64,000 bases of DNA from the NCBI GenBank assembly GCA_030748635.1, contig JASMLP010000135.1, positions 11,862-75,861 of the forward strand, written 5' to 3'. Positions 35,896-45,401 of this stretch are shown piece by piece. The notes under the pieces are model-generated. The model saw nothing but the letters and a program-made list of their open reading frames with translations. It was not told the origin of the DNA and did not search any database. The position numbers and the translations under genes are program-made. Source of the stretch: Planctomycetota bacterium. GTDB lineage: Bacteria > Planctomycetota > JACQVV01 > JASMLP01. The first letter of the stretch is position 1. The number at the start of each line of letters is the position of its first letter.

Positions 35896-38085
35896 TCAAC
35901 GCCCCGAAGGCTGGGGCTCTTTGAGAGTTTTATATTCGGGAATCGACTCCGGGTCGACCTGACTTCGCTTCAGTAATTCAGATATTGCTTTCTGCAGCAC
36001 GGTATCTTCAAGGTAGTCCGCCAGAGGCTTCTGACCCACTTCATCGGCCACCCGCTGCCGAACTCGACTCCTGAGCCATTGCCGAACTGTGTTTCGAGTG
36101 GCGTGAGTCTGGACCGATTCGTACCACTCGTCAAATCCCGGATATCGACCGGGGTCTTTCCCATCATTTTCCGCCAGTTGGCGGAACTGATCCTGGTGCG
36201 TTTCATAGTTGGATTTGAGGTATTTCTGAAATGCCTTCTGCTCGATCAACCGCTGCAAATATTCAGCATTCCAGGGACTCGACTCCTCCTCCTGGACTTC
36301 GAAATCGGGCTGAACTCCTCCTCGGTCCTTCTCCCGACCCGCATCATCGTACGTTCGATTCACACAGGTACCGTCCGGCAAAAAATATCTCGCGATCGTC
36401 ATCCTCAAACGGGCTTTGGGTCGCGACTTCAAAGGGAAAAGATGCTGTACAGTTCCCTTACCAAAAGATCGCCGCCCAACGAGAAAAGCGCGGCCGTGAT
36501 GATGCAACGCTCCGGCAACGATTTCAGAAGCGCTTGCGGTTCCCTCATCCAGCAAAATCACAACCGGAAATTCACCGTGAGTTTCTGGTGTCTTCGTCTT
36601 GTAGTCCTCACGAATACCGTAGGTTTTCGATCTTCCCTGGCTATATGCCACCAGCTTCCCCGCTGGCAGAAACAGATCTGAAACTTCGATCGCCTCACGC
36701 AAAAGACCTCCGCCATTTCCGCGCAGGTCAAAGACCAGAGCGGTCATCCCCTCTTTTTCCAACGCCTGGATAGCCGCCTTCAGTTCGTCGCTCGCTTTTT
36801 CTCCGAACTGAGTCATTTCTACGTAACCGATCCCACCTGGCAATAAGCGAGAATGAACACTCTGGACCTGAATGCGTCTCCGCACGACCTCGATATCTCT
36901 CGGTTTGACCCACCCGTCGCGCGCAACGGTTAACTGAACACTCGTCCCAGGCTTTCCTTTCACCCTCTTGACGATTTCCGTCATCCCTTTTCCAAAAGTG
37001 GACCACCCCTCAACCTTGATAATCCGGTCACCGGTCCGAATACCGGCCTCATAAGCTGGACCGGAGTAGATCGGACTGATCACGGTAAACCAAGTTCCAC
37101 GCATCCCCACATAGACCCCTATGCCCGCATATTCCCCCCCCAATCGCTCGAGAAACTCTCGCCATTCCGTGGGGGTCCAGTAAGAGCTGTGAGGATCCAG
37201 GGAACTGGCCATCCCCTTGGTCGCAGCAACCACGAGATCATCTACCGATTTTCGATCTCCGAGATCATGGTGCTCACGAATCATGCGCGATACTTCGTCC
37301 AGTATCGCCTCCTTATCGTCTGGACTCGCCTGATCCCCTTTCTTGTCCTTTTTCGGACGAGCCACTCCTGAGAAAAGAATTTCCTCATATTTTTTGATCA
37401 TAGCCTCCCTTGCCAGGTAACTACCGGCAAGACGTCCACGTGAGGTCGGCTCTTTTTGCAAACGGACGAGAATGGGACGAGCCGCCTCGATATTGTCTAT
37501 CTCAGCCAAGGCCAGAGCCGCCTCGTGCTGAAGACGTACGTCCTCACTATCCAACATCTTCTTGAGTACTCGACTTCCTTCAACATTATGGGCCGCTTTC
37601 CAGAGACTTTTTGCCAATCGAATCTTGATCGTGGGATCAAAGGTCGATCGGAGCAGATTGAGGATGTCCTGTTCGATCGACTGATCTCCCTCGATCCCCA
37701 ACAAATCTGCAGCATAACCGCGGACCTCGAGATCTTTTCCGTTTTCTGCCAGCTCCAGAAATATCGTAATTCCCTCTTCAGGCTGTCCCAGACGGCACAA
37801 AGCCTTTGCACCAGCAAGTCGAGCAGATTCCCGCGCTCCCCGCATCTCCCGACGTATGTACGGCACAGCGTCGGGACCAAGAGACTCCAATCGAAGGACC
37901 TCATTCCAGAGATCGACCTTGTCTCCTGCCAGTCGCTTAAAGGAACGGACGACTCTTCGCTCCAAGCGATCCGCTACCGGAGCCTCCGGCGCCTCCTGCG
38001 CCCGAATATCAGGCACCGGCATCCAAACCAGAACCACAAGGCCAAATATCGCTGACCAGAACAGGCGTGAAACAGGCTGAGCCAT
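35896..38085 (-). CDS. S41-family C-terminal processing peptidase with N-terminal HEAT-repeat array
   Basis: A PDZ domain precedes the S41 catalytic motifs (FDLRGNGGG, GTASASEIVAGAL, GKGTVQ). The N-terminal ~300 aa consist of HEAT/PBS-lyase-like repeats. I place the start at the internal Met (MAQPVSRLFWSAIFGLVVL, signal peptide) at 38085 rather than at the ORF start at 38232. Confidence 0.85.
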   Translation of the reverse strand: MAQPVSRLFWSAIFGLVVLVWMPVPDIRAQEAPEAPVADRLERRVVRSFKRLAGDKVDLWNEVLRLESLGPDAVPYIRREMRGARESARLAGAKALCRLGQPEEGITIFLELAENGKDLEVRGYAADLLGIEGDQSIEQDILNLLRSTFDPTIKIRLAKSLWKAAHNVEGSRVLKKMLDSEDVRLQHEAALALAEIDNIEAARPILVRLQKEPTSRGRLAGSYLAREAMIKKYEEILFSGVARPKKDKKGDQASPDDKEAILDEVSRMIREHHDLGDRKSVDDLVVAATKGMASSLDPHSSYWTPTEWREFLERLGGEYAGIGVYVGMRGTWFTVISPIYSGPAYEAGIRTGDRIIKVEGWSTFGKGMTEIVKRVKGKPGTSVQLTVARDGWVKPRDIEVVRRRIQVQSVHSRLLPGGIGYVEMTQFGEKASDELKAAIQALEKEGMTALVFDLRGNGGGLLREAIEVSDLFLPAGKLVAYSQGRSKTYGIREDYKTKTPETHGEFPVVILLDEGTASASEIVAGALHHHGRAFLVGRRSFGKGTVQHLFPLKSRPKARLRMTIARYFLPDGTCVNRTYDDAGREKDRGGVQPDFEVQEEESSPWNAEYLQRLIEQKAFQKYLKSNYETHQDQFRQLAENDGKDPGRYPGFDEWYESVQTHATRNTVRQWLRSRVRQRVADEVGQKPLADYLEDTVLQKAISELLKRSQVDPESIPEYKTLKEPQPSGR

Positions 38086-38261
38086 TGTGCTTTCCCTCAA
38101 TGGGTTGATGCAGACCGATACCGATCTGAGAAGAGTGAAATCAAAGTATACATTCGCCACACTAACGGAGGCAACGCCGGTTGAAGAGAAGAGCTGTTTG
38201 ACCCGCATAAAAGTCGATTCTACAATGCCCATCTTCTATCCATGATAGGCTCTTCCACTTT

Positions 38262-40757
38262 ATGAGTACTTTCCGCCCAGAAAGATACCGAAAAACTTGT
38301 ACCCCGTGGGTTTGGGTAATCATATTTCTCGTTTCCTGTAAGCAAGTTTCGGAACCGCGCCCCCTTCCGCCCTCTCCCGCCTCTAGCCAAACGAACATTC
38401 CAGTCGAAGGAGATCGAAACGACTCGTTCGAATTCAGAGCCCCTCCCCAGGAAAATCCCAATCAACTCTTGGAGCATGCTCGATTTGAGACAGCTCGCAC
38501 GCTAGGGTTAACACCCACGAATGCTGATGACATTCTACTACTCGAAACCTCAGAGCACTCCGGCAACAACCCTCCTCATGTTGTCCAAGAACAAATACGT
38601 ACCGGCCAACGAATACACGTTGTCAACCTACCGAAAAGCGAATTTCTCGCGCCAGGTTCTTCACCAGAAAACACCTACGTAAAGGCCTGGACCACCGGCC
38701 TTCTCGCCACTCGACTTGGCAACCGCAAACAGGACCTTCCTCTGTGGTTTATTCATGGCGCGCCACTCTATGCTGCCGACCAAGCCTCCATCGTGTTTGC
38801 TCAAACATTTGCCCGGGTCTTCGAAGGGAGCCCCCCTCCCTCGTTGAGCGCGAAGGACCCCATCAGCGCTTCGCGATCAGGAGCGATGGCGTTTGACCGT
38901 ATTCGCTCTTCTCACGGACCGAGCCGACTCAAACAATGGTTTACAAGCATTGTAGACGGCGGAATGACTTTTTCTTGTGCAACCAATCTCTATCTGAGAG
39001 AAGACCTCCAAACCCTTGAAACAGGCTATCGAAAACATGTTTGGGCCTACCTGAATTCGATGGGCGCCGGGCACATCGATCTACTGCAAACGGCTCGGTG
39101 CCTTCGAAAGCTGAACCAAAGCGAGAAGGCTCTCCAACTACTCGAGAATCCTCTGAGCCTCAGCCTACGTAGTCTGACCGAAACCTTTGTACATCCTCCT
39201 CTATTTTCCAATTTTCTACGCCTCGAAATCAGCCTTTGTCATTTCGAGTTAGGGAACCTGCAAACGGCTAAAATACAATTTGAAAAACTTCTCCAAGATC
39301 ACGATCCGACTTTCCCTTACTCGGCTCTCATCCGATTGCACCTGGCCCAAATCGAACGTACGCAGAAACACCCCATTCAAGCAATGCACCAATGCCTTCT
39401 CCTCCTCGAAGAAAATCCTCAGAGCCCCCACTACGCCGAAGCGACTCTTCTTCTGGCCAGAATCTATCGTGAACTCGGTCAGCATCAGAAATCGATTCGG
39501 CTTCTCCAGCAAATGCGAGAGGAGCATCCAGAACAGTTCGATTCTAGCGCGAATCTCCTGGAGGCCAAGATTCACATGGACCTGGGAGAATTTGCGGAAT
39601 CGAAGCGTATTCTGAATTCTTGGTCCCAAGAATCTCCACCCGACACTCTGAGCGAGATGAAAAATTGCGCTCGCGAAATCGACTCCCAACTAGAATCTCC
39701 GCTATCAAGAATCCGAACGGAACAAGTCCTTCGATGGATAGAAGATCTGGATTCCGAACATCACGCTGAAATTTCAGCCCGATTCCTACGAATTGGTCCT
39801 CCCATTGCGCCGATTCTTCGAGGACAGTTCCGCCGTCTTGACTCCGATCGAATCCGGCAACGAATTCTGAAAGTTCTCTACCGCTTAGACGATCCATCTA
39901 CGGAACAGTTGGCCCTTGAGGGGCTACGAAGCAATCAGCCACGACTCCTTCGAGAATCGATTAAGATCCTGATTTTTAAAGGGATGAAACCCAACATCTT
40001 ACTTCGACAGATACGAACCCTTGCCCGACAATCCACATCTTCTGAAATCGAACAGTGGACCCAGGAACTGGATCAAATCCTGGTGGGAACCTCTCCCGAG
40101 ATACGACGGAAACTCCCGAATCTATTGGCCTTGATTCATAGCAAAAATCCGACCAACCGCATGGAAGCGATTCGGATCCTCATTCAATACGATCACCCCG
40201 ACATCATCCCGCCCCTGGCCCATCTTCTGGGCGATTTCGACCCGGAAGTCCGCAATATGACCCTGATCGCCCTGGAACTCCATTGCGACCGAAGAGCTAC
40301 CGAAGCCCTGGTCAAATCCCTCTCTGATCCTCACCCTAGAAGACGCGCGCAATCCGCGAGGCTTCTGGGCCAATTAGCGACCCCTTCCATCTTGCCCTCC
40401 CTGACCCCCTTGACCCAAGACCCGGCATTTATTGTTCGTCGCGCGGCCCTGGAGTCTATTGCAAGAATCGACCTCCCGGAAGTTCGAGAAATCCTCATTC
40501 ACCATCTCTGTTTACCGAACTCCTCGATTCACCCCACTTGCACCTGGGGACTGCTTTCTCTTCCCAAAGACTCCACGATTGCCTCCATCTGCGGTACTCT
40601 CTTGAAGGACCAATTGCTTCCCACCGCTGAAGTTCGCCTCATTCGCTTACTCGAAACACTGATCGACCGCCCAATCCAATGGGATATTGAGTGGCCACAA
40701 GAAACCAAACAATCCCTCATCCGCAAACTACTAGACTGGTGGAAAACATCAAGATGA
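38262..40757 (+). CDS. Lipoprotein with TPR repeats and C-terminal HEAT (PBS-lyase-type) repeats
   Basis: 831 aa. A signal peptide with a lipobox-like LVSC is followed by TPR-like helices. The C-terminal half carries HEAT repeats (LLGDFDPEVRNMTLIALEL...DPHPRRRAQSARLLGQL...DPAFIVRRAALESIARI). The stop overlaps the next start as ATGA. Confidence 0.7.
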   Translation: MSTFRPERYRKTCTPWVWVIIFLVSCKQVSEPRPLPPSPASSQTNIPVEGDRNDSFEFRAPPQENPNQLLEHARFETARTLGLTPTNADDILLLETSEHSGNNPPHVVQEQIRTGQRIHVVNLPKSEFLAPGSSPENTYVKAWTTGLLATRLGNRKQDLPLWFIHGAPLYAADQASIVFAQTFARVFEGSPPPSLSAKDPISASRSGAMAFDRIRSSHGPSRLKQWFTSIVDGGMTFSCATNLYLREDLQTLETGYRKHVWAYLNSMGAGHIDLLQTARCLRKLNQSEKALQLLENPLSLSLRSLTETFVHPPLFSNFLRLEISLCHFELGNLQTAKIQFEKLLQDHDPTFPYSALIRLHLAQIERTQKHPIQAMHQCLLLLEENPQSPHYAEATLLLARIYRELGQHQKSIRLLQQMREEHPEQFDSSANLLEAKIHMDLGEFAESKRILNSWSQESPPDTLSEMKNCAREIDSQLESPLSRIRTEQVLRWIEDLDSEHHAEISARFLRIGPPIAPILRGQFRRLDSDRIRQRILKVLYRLDDPSTEQLALEGLRSNQPRLLRESIKILIFKGMKPNILLRQIRTLARQSTSSEIEQWTQELDQILVGTSPEIRRKLPNLLALIHSKNPTNRMEAIRILIQYDHPDIIPPLAHLLGDFDPEVRNMTLIALELHCDRRATEALVKSLSDPHPRRRAQSARLLGQLATPSILPSLTPLTQDPAFIVRRAALESIARIDLPEVREILIHHLCLPNSSIHPTCTWGLLSLPKDSTIASICGTLLKDQLLPTAEVRLIRLLETLIDRPIQWDIEWPQETKQSLIRKLLDWWKTSR

Positions 40758-42403
40758 CGCTGCTCCCGATTTTCCCTCACCAAACCGCTTCTACCCTCAT
40801 GCTTTATGTCTTGATCGTTAGCGGAGTATCGACCGTTAATTGTGACGCTGAGGAACCCGATTCCACCGATAAAGTGGTAACGTCCCAGAAAGCGTCACCA
40901 TCCAGCACAACTAAACGCCCCATCCGTCGTATTCGGCACGAAGATATCCACGGCCCAACACGTACCCAGAATATTGATCTTCGCCAGTGTTACCTGCTCG
41001 CCTTGAGCAACAACCTCGACCTCGAAATCGCCGGGATCGACCCCCGCATCCTTCTCACTCAGGTTCGTGAATCCCGGGCATCCAGAGACCCCTTGCTCAA
41101 CTTCTCGATTTCACGTACTCGGTCAAAATCACAGACCGGATCCTCTCTATCCGGAGCCAGCCTCCTCATATCGGACACGAATTCAGGCTCTCTGGGTATT
41201 TCCAAAACGAGTTGGCTCGGCACCAGTTACTCATTGAGCTTCGGCTACTCCCGTACTCATACCAACAACAGCTTCACCACACTCAATCCAGCCTACAACT
41301 CCGATATGACCTTTACGATTTCCCAGCCTCTCCTTCGCAATTTCGGCTTCGAACAGAACCGATCCACGCTGAAGCAGACCATTTTACAACACCAGCAATC
41401 CCTGTTTGATTTCCAGAAATCAGCCCTCGATGTTCTGCAGGAAGTCGAAAATAAATACTGGGACCTGGTGTTCACCCACGCGGACCTCCAGTTCAAAAAG
41501 GACTCGGTCACCCTGGCCAAAGATCTTTTACGCATAACTCGTATTCGTAAGCGAGTTGGTGAAGTCACTCGCATCGAAGAGTTAGAAGCGGAGGCAGGAG
41601 TAGCCAGCGCTGAACAGACCCTCATCCTGGCGGTGAAAGCCCTTTCCCAGGCACAGGATGATCTCAAGCGCCTCATCCATCCCCACGACATGTCATTTCT
41701 CTGGAATGTCACTCTCCTTCCCATGGCTGAGATCCCCATTACAGTACCTACCGTACCGGACCACCCGGTAGACGAACTGGCCTCCATTAACCGCGCCCTG
41801 GCCTGGCGCCCCTCCATCTTGCGCCTACGTCAACAAGTGGAGATCAGCACCCTGGCAGCCGAGGAAGCTCGAGGACTCCTTCTACCCAAGCTGGACCTGG
41901 AAGGGAGTGTCAAGGTCCACGGAAAAGCCGGCGACCGTGATGAAGCTTTCGATGACAACAAATCAGGGCGATTCTTTGACTGGAGCGCTTCATTGACTCT
42001 CGAGATTCCCATCGGCAACCGGGTGGCTCGAAATCAATATCAGCGTACGATGTACCAGCGTCAGCAAGCTCAGTCACAGGTTCATAGCGCAGAGCGTACC
42101 CTGATCCATGAAGTCCGAACTGCGATCCGAGACGTGACCAGCGCCACTCGCCAAATCAACGCCGCTAAAAAAGTGACCCGATTCAATCGGGACACCTATG
42201 AAGCCGAGAAAAAACGTTTTCAAGTCGGTCAGTCCACCCTTTTCCGCATCGATGAGTTCAGGGAGAAGTACACCCAAGCACGTACCAGTGAAGTCTCTTC
42301 CTACATCAACTATCGTAAGGCGCTCGCGCAACTAAAACGGTCCGAAGGTTCTTCCCTTTCGAGCCTTGAAGAGCTAGGCATCGACCTGAAAACCAGCAGA
42401 TGA
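40754..42403 (+). CDS. TolC-like outer-membrane efflux protein (OEP family)
   Basis: I place the start at the ATG at 40754 (MTLLPIF..., signal peptide). It has two OEP repeat regions with the characteristic ...LSQAQDDLKRLI / ...YRKALAQLKRSEG endings. The computed ORF starting at 40691 overlaps the upstream gene in another frame. Confidence 0.7.
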   Translation: MTLLPIFPHQTASTLMLYVLIVSGVSTVNCDAEEPDSTDKVVTSQKASPSSTTKRPIRRIRHEDIHGPTRTQNIDLRQCYLLALSNNLDLEIAGIDPRILLTQVRESRASRDPLLNFSISRTRSKSQTGSSLSGASLLISDTNSGSLGISKTSWLGTSYSLSFGYSRTHTNNSFTTLNPAYNSDMTFTISQPLLRNFGFEQNRSTLKQTILQHQQSLFDFQKSALDVLQEVENKYWDLVFTHADLQFKKDSVTLAKDLLRITRIRKRVGEVTRIEELEAEAGVASAEQTLILAVKALSQAQDDLKRLIHPHDMSFLWNVTLLPMAEIPITVPTVPDHPVDELASINRALAWRPSILRLRQQVEISTLAAEEARGLLLPKLDLEGSVKVHGKAGDRDEAFDDNKSGRFFDWSASLTLEIPIGNRVARNQYQRTMYQRQQAQSQVHSAERTLIHEVRTAIRDVTSATRQINAAKKVTRFNRDTYEAEKKRFQVGQSTLFRIDEFREKYTQARTSEVSSYINYRKALAQLKRSEGSSLSSLEELGIDLKTSR

Positions 42404-43551
42404 AACCGCGCCCACGTCGGAATATTTCCTTCCTGATCGTAACCACTCTGCTCCTCTTGGCCATCGGATTCGGGGTATCTCAAGAACTTAACCTCTATAC
42501 GAACCTGCGAATCTGCGCCAACCAGGACGGATGGACGCTGACCTTTCGGCAACAGAACCTGTTCGATGACGATTCCCAGTTTCACATATCGCAGGCCTCC
42601 CAAAAGTCTCCTACTCAATGGTCACCGCCAAGAAACTATCGGGGTAAATTCAGCGCGTCGGTCCTCGTGGGTTCTCAACTGACCATTTTCCAGAGCGAAG
42701 GAGCCAGTCTATATAAAAATGGAGACTGGATCGGAAACCTCGCCCTTCACCTTCCCTGGACCCCTCTCGACTCTCTATCCTTCGATCACGGCGTCACCCT
42801 GATCGGTACCCATGAGAACAAACTTAAGGCCGCGATTCTCGAAAAAGGACACTCCTACCCGATCACCACCCCTTCTTCGACGATATCCCAACACCCATTA
42901 GGCCCCATGAGATTGGCTACAATCGGCGAAACTCCCTGGGTATTTTGGGGTATGCGGAAATCGTCTTCACCACTTGCCACCCACTTATTAGCGTCCAAAA
43001 TTCTACGAATCACCACTCCATTCGACCCAATATTCTCAGTGGGATGGCCGGCCTCGAAGTTCCCCAACTTCCATTTCCTTGCGCTTAGCTCACCGATTTC
43101 GTTGCGTGTTCCCCACCCTTTCAAGAACATGACAGTCCTCTCTCCAACCTCGCCAAACCGGTCTCACGATTCGAATTGCTGGATTTTTCTGCATTCGCCG
43201 AGTTCCCCGCAATCACCAAACACCCTGAGTGTCACAGCCTTCGACGGCCAGACAATGGCCCGACCTAGTGTGGAGATCCCCCTGCCCAAACAGACTGTCC
43301 TGGCCCAGGAAGTCCTCTCCATCGAAGCTTTTCAGTCCAACTCCGAACTCTGCTTGCTCCTGGGAGGGATTGGCGGCATCAACATGATTTCAACCCAGAA
43401 AGTTCTGAGCGGAGAGTGGCTCGATCACGGAAAAATATTGGGCACCACCCAAACGCGGGAAAGCGGAATCTACTTCCTGATGATCGCTCTTCTTGTCCTC
43501 TCCCTCGCGATCCTATTTCGTGGGATCCGACTCATACGTTTCCAAAGATGA
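42400..43551 (+). CDS. Hypothetical membrane-anchored protein (TM helices at both N- and C-terminus), coupled to TolC-like gene
   Basis: 383 aa. The start overlaps the TolC-like stop by 4 nt. One hydrophobic helix sits near the N-terminus and one near the C-terminus (IYFLMIALLVLSLAILF). No known domain recognised. Confidence 0.45.
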   Translation: MKPRPRRNISFLIVTTLLLLAIGFGVSQELNLYTNLRICANQDGWTLTFRQQNLFDDDSQFHISQASQKSPTQWSPPRNYRGKFSASVLVGSQLTIFQSEGASLYKNGDWIGNLALHLPWTPLDSLSFDHGVTLIGTHENKLKAAILEKGHSYPITTPSSTISQHPLGPMRLATIGETPWVFWGMRKSSSPLATHLLASKILRITTPFDPIFSVGWPASKFPNFHFLALSSPISLRVPHPFKNMTVLSPTSPNRSHDSNCWIFLHSPSSPQSPNTLSVTAFDGQTMARPSVEIPLPKQTVLAQEVLSIEAFQSNSELCLLLGGIGGINMISTQKVLSGEWLDHGKILGTTQTRESGIYFLMIALLVLSLAILFRGIRLIRFQR

Positions 43552-43567
43552 CCAACCGACTCGATCT

Positions 43568-45331
43568 TCAGGCCCGGTTCCTTCTCAGAAGATCTTCGAA
43601 ATTGTCCTGAGAAAGCGGTTTGCTGAAGAGAAACCCCTGAATTTGATTGCATCCGAGTCCGCTCAATAACTTCAGCTGCTCTTGGGTCTCTACCCCTTCG
43701 GCAACAACCTCCAAGTCCAGTCGATGAGCCATCTCAATCACCGACTCGATGAGCGCTTCTCCCCGCCCATTAGAAGGGAGGTCGGACACGAACGATCGAT
43801 CCAGCTTCAGAACATCCACGGGAAATCGCTTCAGAGAACTGAGAGAAGAATACCCTGTACCAAAATCATCAATCGCCATCCGAACCCCAAGTGAACGCAA
43901 TCCTGAAAGGTTCTTCAATATCTGTGACGATCCATTCGAGAGCACCCTTTCTGTGATTTCAATGACCAAGTCAGAAGGATCCATAACCTTCTCCTCGACC
44001 ACTTTTTTCACCTGTTCGACGATCGTCTCGTGATTCAGTTGACGTCCCGACAAATTGACAGAAACACGAACACCTGGGAATCCGTTATCTCTCCAATAAC
44101 AATGCGTGTGGCAGGCCTCCTCGAGCACCCACCCCCCTACACTGAGAATCTGGTCGCTCTCTTCTATGTACGAAAGAAAACGGGCGGGCGGAAGAATCCC
44201 TTCACCTGGATGGCTCCAACGCAACAAAGCCTCGACTCCAGTCACTCGACCTGTGGGCACATCAACCTGAGGCTGGTAGTGCAAAAGGAACTCCGACCGA
44301 CGTTCCGCATTTCTCAATCCGTTACGCATTGCCACTTTTTCTTTCACCGCGGCATGCATCGCGCGCGTAAAAAACGCATATCGGTCCCGGCCTTCTTCCC
44401 GCGCTCGGCACATCGCGATATCAGCGGCTCGCATCAGACCATGCTCCTCTGCCTCATCATCCGGATACATCGCGATCCCTACGCTAGCGCTCACAATCGT
44501 GCTCTCACCATTGAGTTCCATCGGGGCTGAAATCTCGTCTCGAATGTGATCCGCGAAAGTCGCAACAACATCGGGAGAATCTACCTCTTCCAGAAGTAGG
44601 AAAAAAACGTCCTCACCCACATGAGCCACATCTTCCTCATCGGGCACACACGAAACCAGACGATTGCCAACTTCCTTGAGTAGTTCATCCGCGATTCGAT
44701 AGCCGAGTGAGTCTTGCATATCACCAAAGTGGTCCAGATCGACGCAAAGAACCGCCAACCGCTTGTTCAGGCGCTCCGTTCGACTCAATGACCACTGAAG
44801 GCGATCCCCAAAAAACCGTCGGTTCGGACGTCCAGTACGCGATTCATATCTGGACAAACGATCAGCTTCCTCTTCGACCTTTTCCCTCCGAGCCACTTCA
44901 CGCCCCAAAGCGTCCCGGGTTTCCAGAAGTGTGTCATAAAGATCCCGGATCCTCAGCATCGCATGCATCTTCGCCGCAATAAGCTCTGGATTGAATGGCT
45001 TGGTAAAAAAGTCATCCCCACCACTGAGAATGCACTTTTCCAGCGCGTCCCCATCACTCAGGGCTGTCAGGAAGATCACGGGTACGAATCGTTCGCCAGA
45101 TAGTCGCTTTATTTCTGCCGCGGTTTCGTACCCATCCCTTTGCGGCATCATGACATCTAGCACAACTAGGTCAGGTCGCTCATCCATAAAGATTTCCAGA
45201 GCACGTTGACCATTGCCTGCCTCCGATACCGTACAACCTCGTTGCATGAGGAAGGATTTAAGTACCAATCGACTAGCGGGATCGTCCTCGGCAATCAGAA
45301 TATGCAAACCGTCCAAGGCTTCGCTGTTCAT
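43568..45331 (-). CDS. Response regulator with REC + degenerate GGDEF + EAL domains (c-di-GMP phosphodiesterase-type)
   Basis: The REC domain (ILIAEDDPASRLVL...DLVVLDVMMP) is followed by a GGDEF-like domain whose signature is GEDVF instead of GGDEF and which has no RxxD I-site. The EAL domain retains EALLRW, DDFGTGYSS, KLD and EGVE. Confidence 0.85.
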   Translation of the reverse strand: MNSEALDGLHILIAEDDPASRLVLKSFLMQRGCTVSEAGNGQRALEIFMDERPDLVVLDVMMPQRDGYETAAEIKRLSGERFVPVIFLTALSDGDALEKCILSGGDDFFTKPFNPELIAAKMHAMLRIRDLYDTLLETRDALGREVARREKVEEEADRLSRYESRTGRPNRRFFGDRLQWSLSRTERLNKRLAVLCVDLDHFGDMQDSLGYRIADELLKEVGNRLVSCVPDEEDVAHVGEDVFFLLLEEVDSPDVVATFADHIRDEISAPMELNGESTIVSASVGIAMYPDDEAEEHGLMRAADIAMCRAREEGRDRYAFFTRAMHAAVKEKVAMRNGLRNAERRSEFLLHYQPQVDVPTGRVTGVEALLRWSHPGEGILPPARFLSYIEESDQILSVGGWVLEEACHTHCYWRDNGFPGVRVSVNLSGRQLNHETIVEQVKKVVEEKVMDPSDLVIEITERVLSNGSSQILKNLSGLRSLGVRMAIDDFGTGYSSLSSLKRFPVDVLKLDRSFVSDLPSNGRGEALIESVIEMAHRLDLEVVAEGVETQEQLKLLSGLGCNQIQGFLFSKPLSQDNFEDLLRRNRA

Positions 45332-45401
45332 GACATCTCGAAATGGGAATAAAATTGATTTTGGGCTGCGAAGTGTACCAAAAGAAAGAGATCATCGGGG
45401 A

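Noticed and set aside
40691-40753. Upstream start at 40691 for the TolC-like gene
   Set aside because: It overlaps the preceding gene's 3' end. The ATG at 40754 begins the signal peptide and forms an ATGA overlap with the upstream stop.
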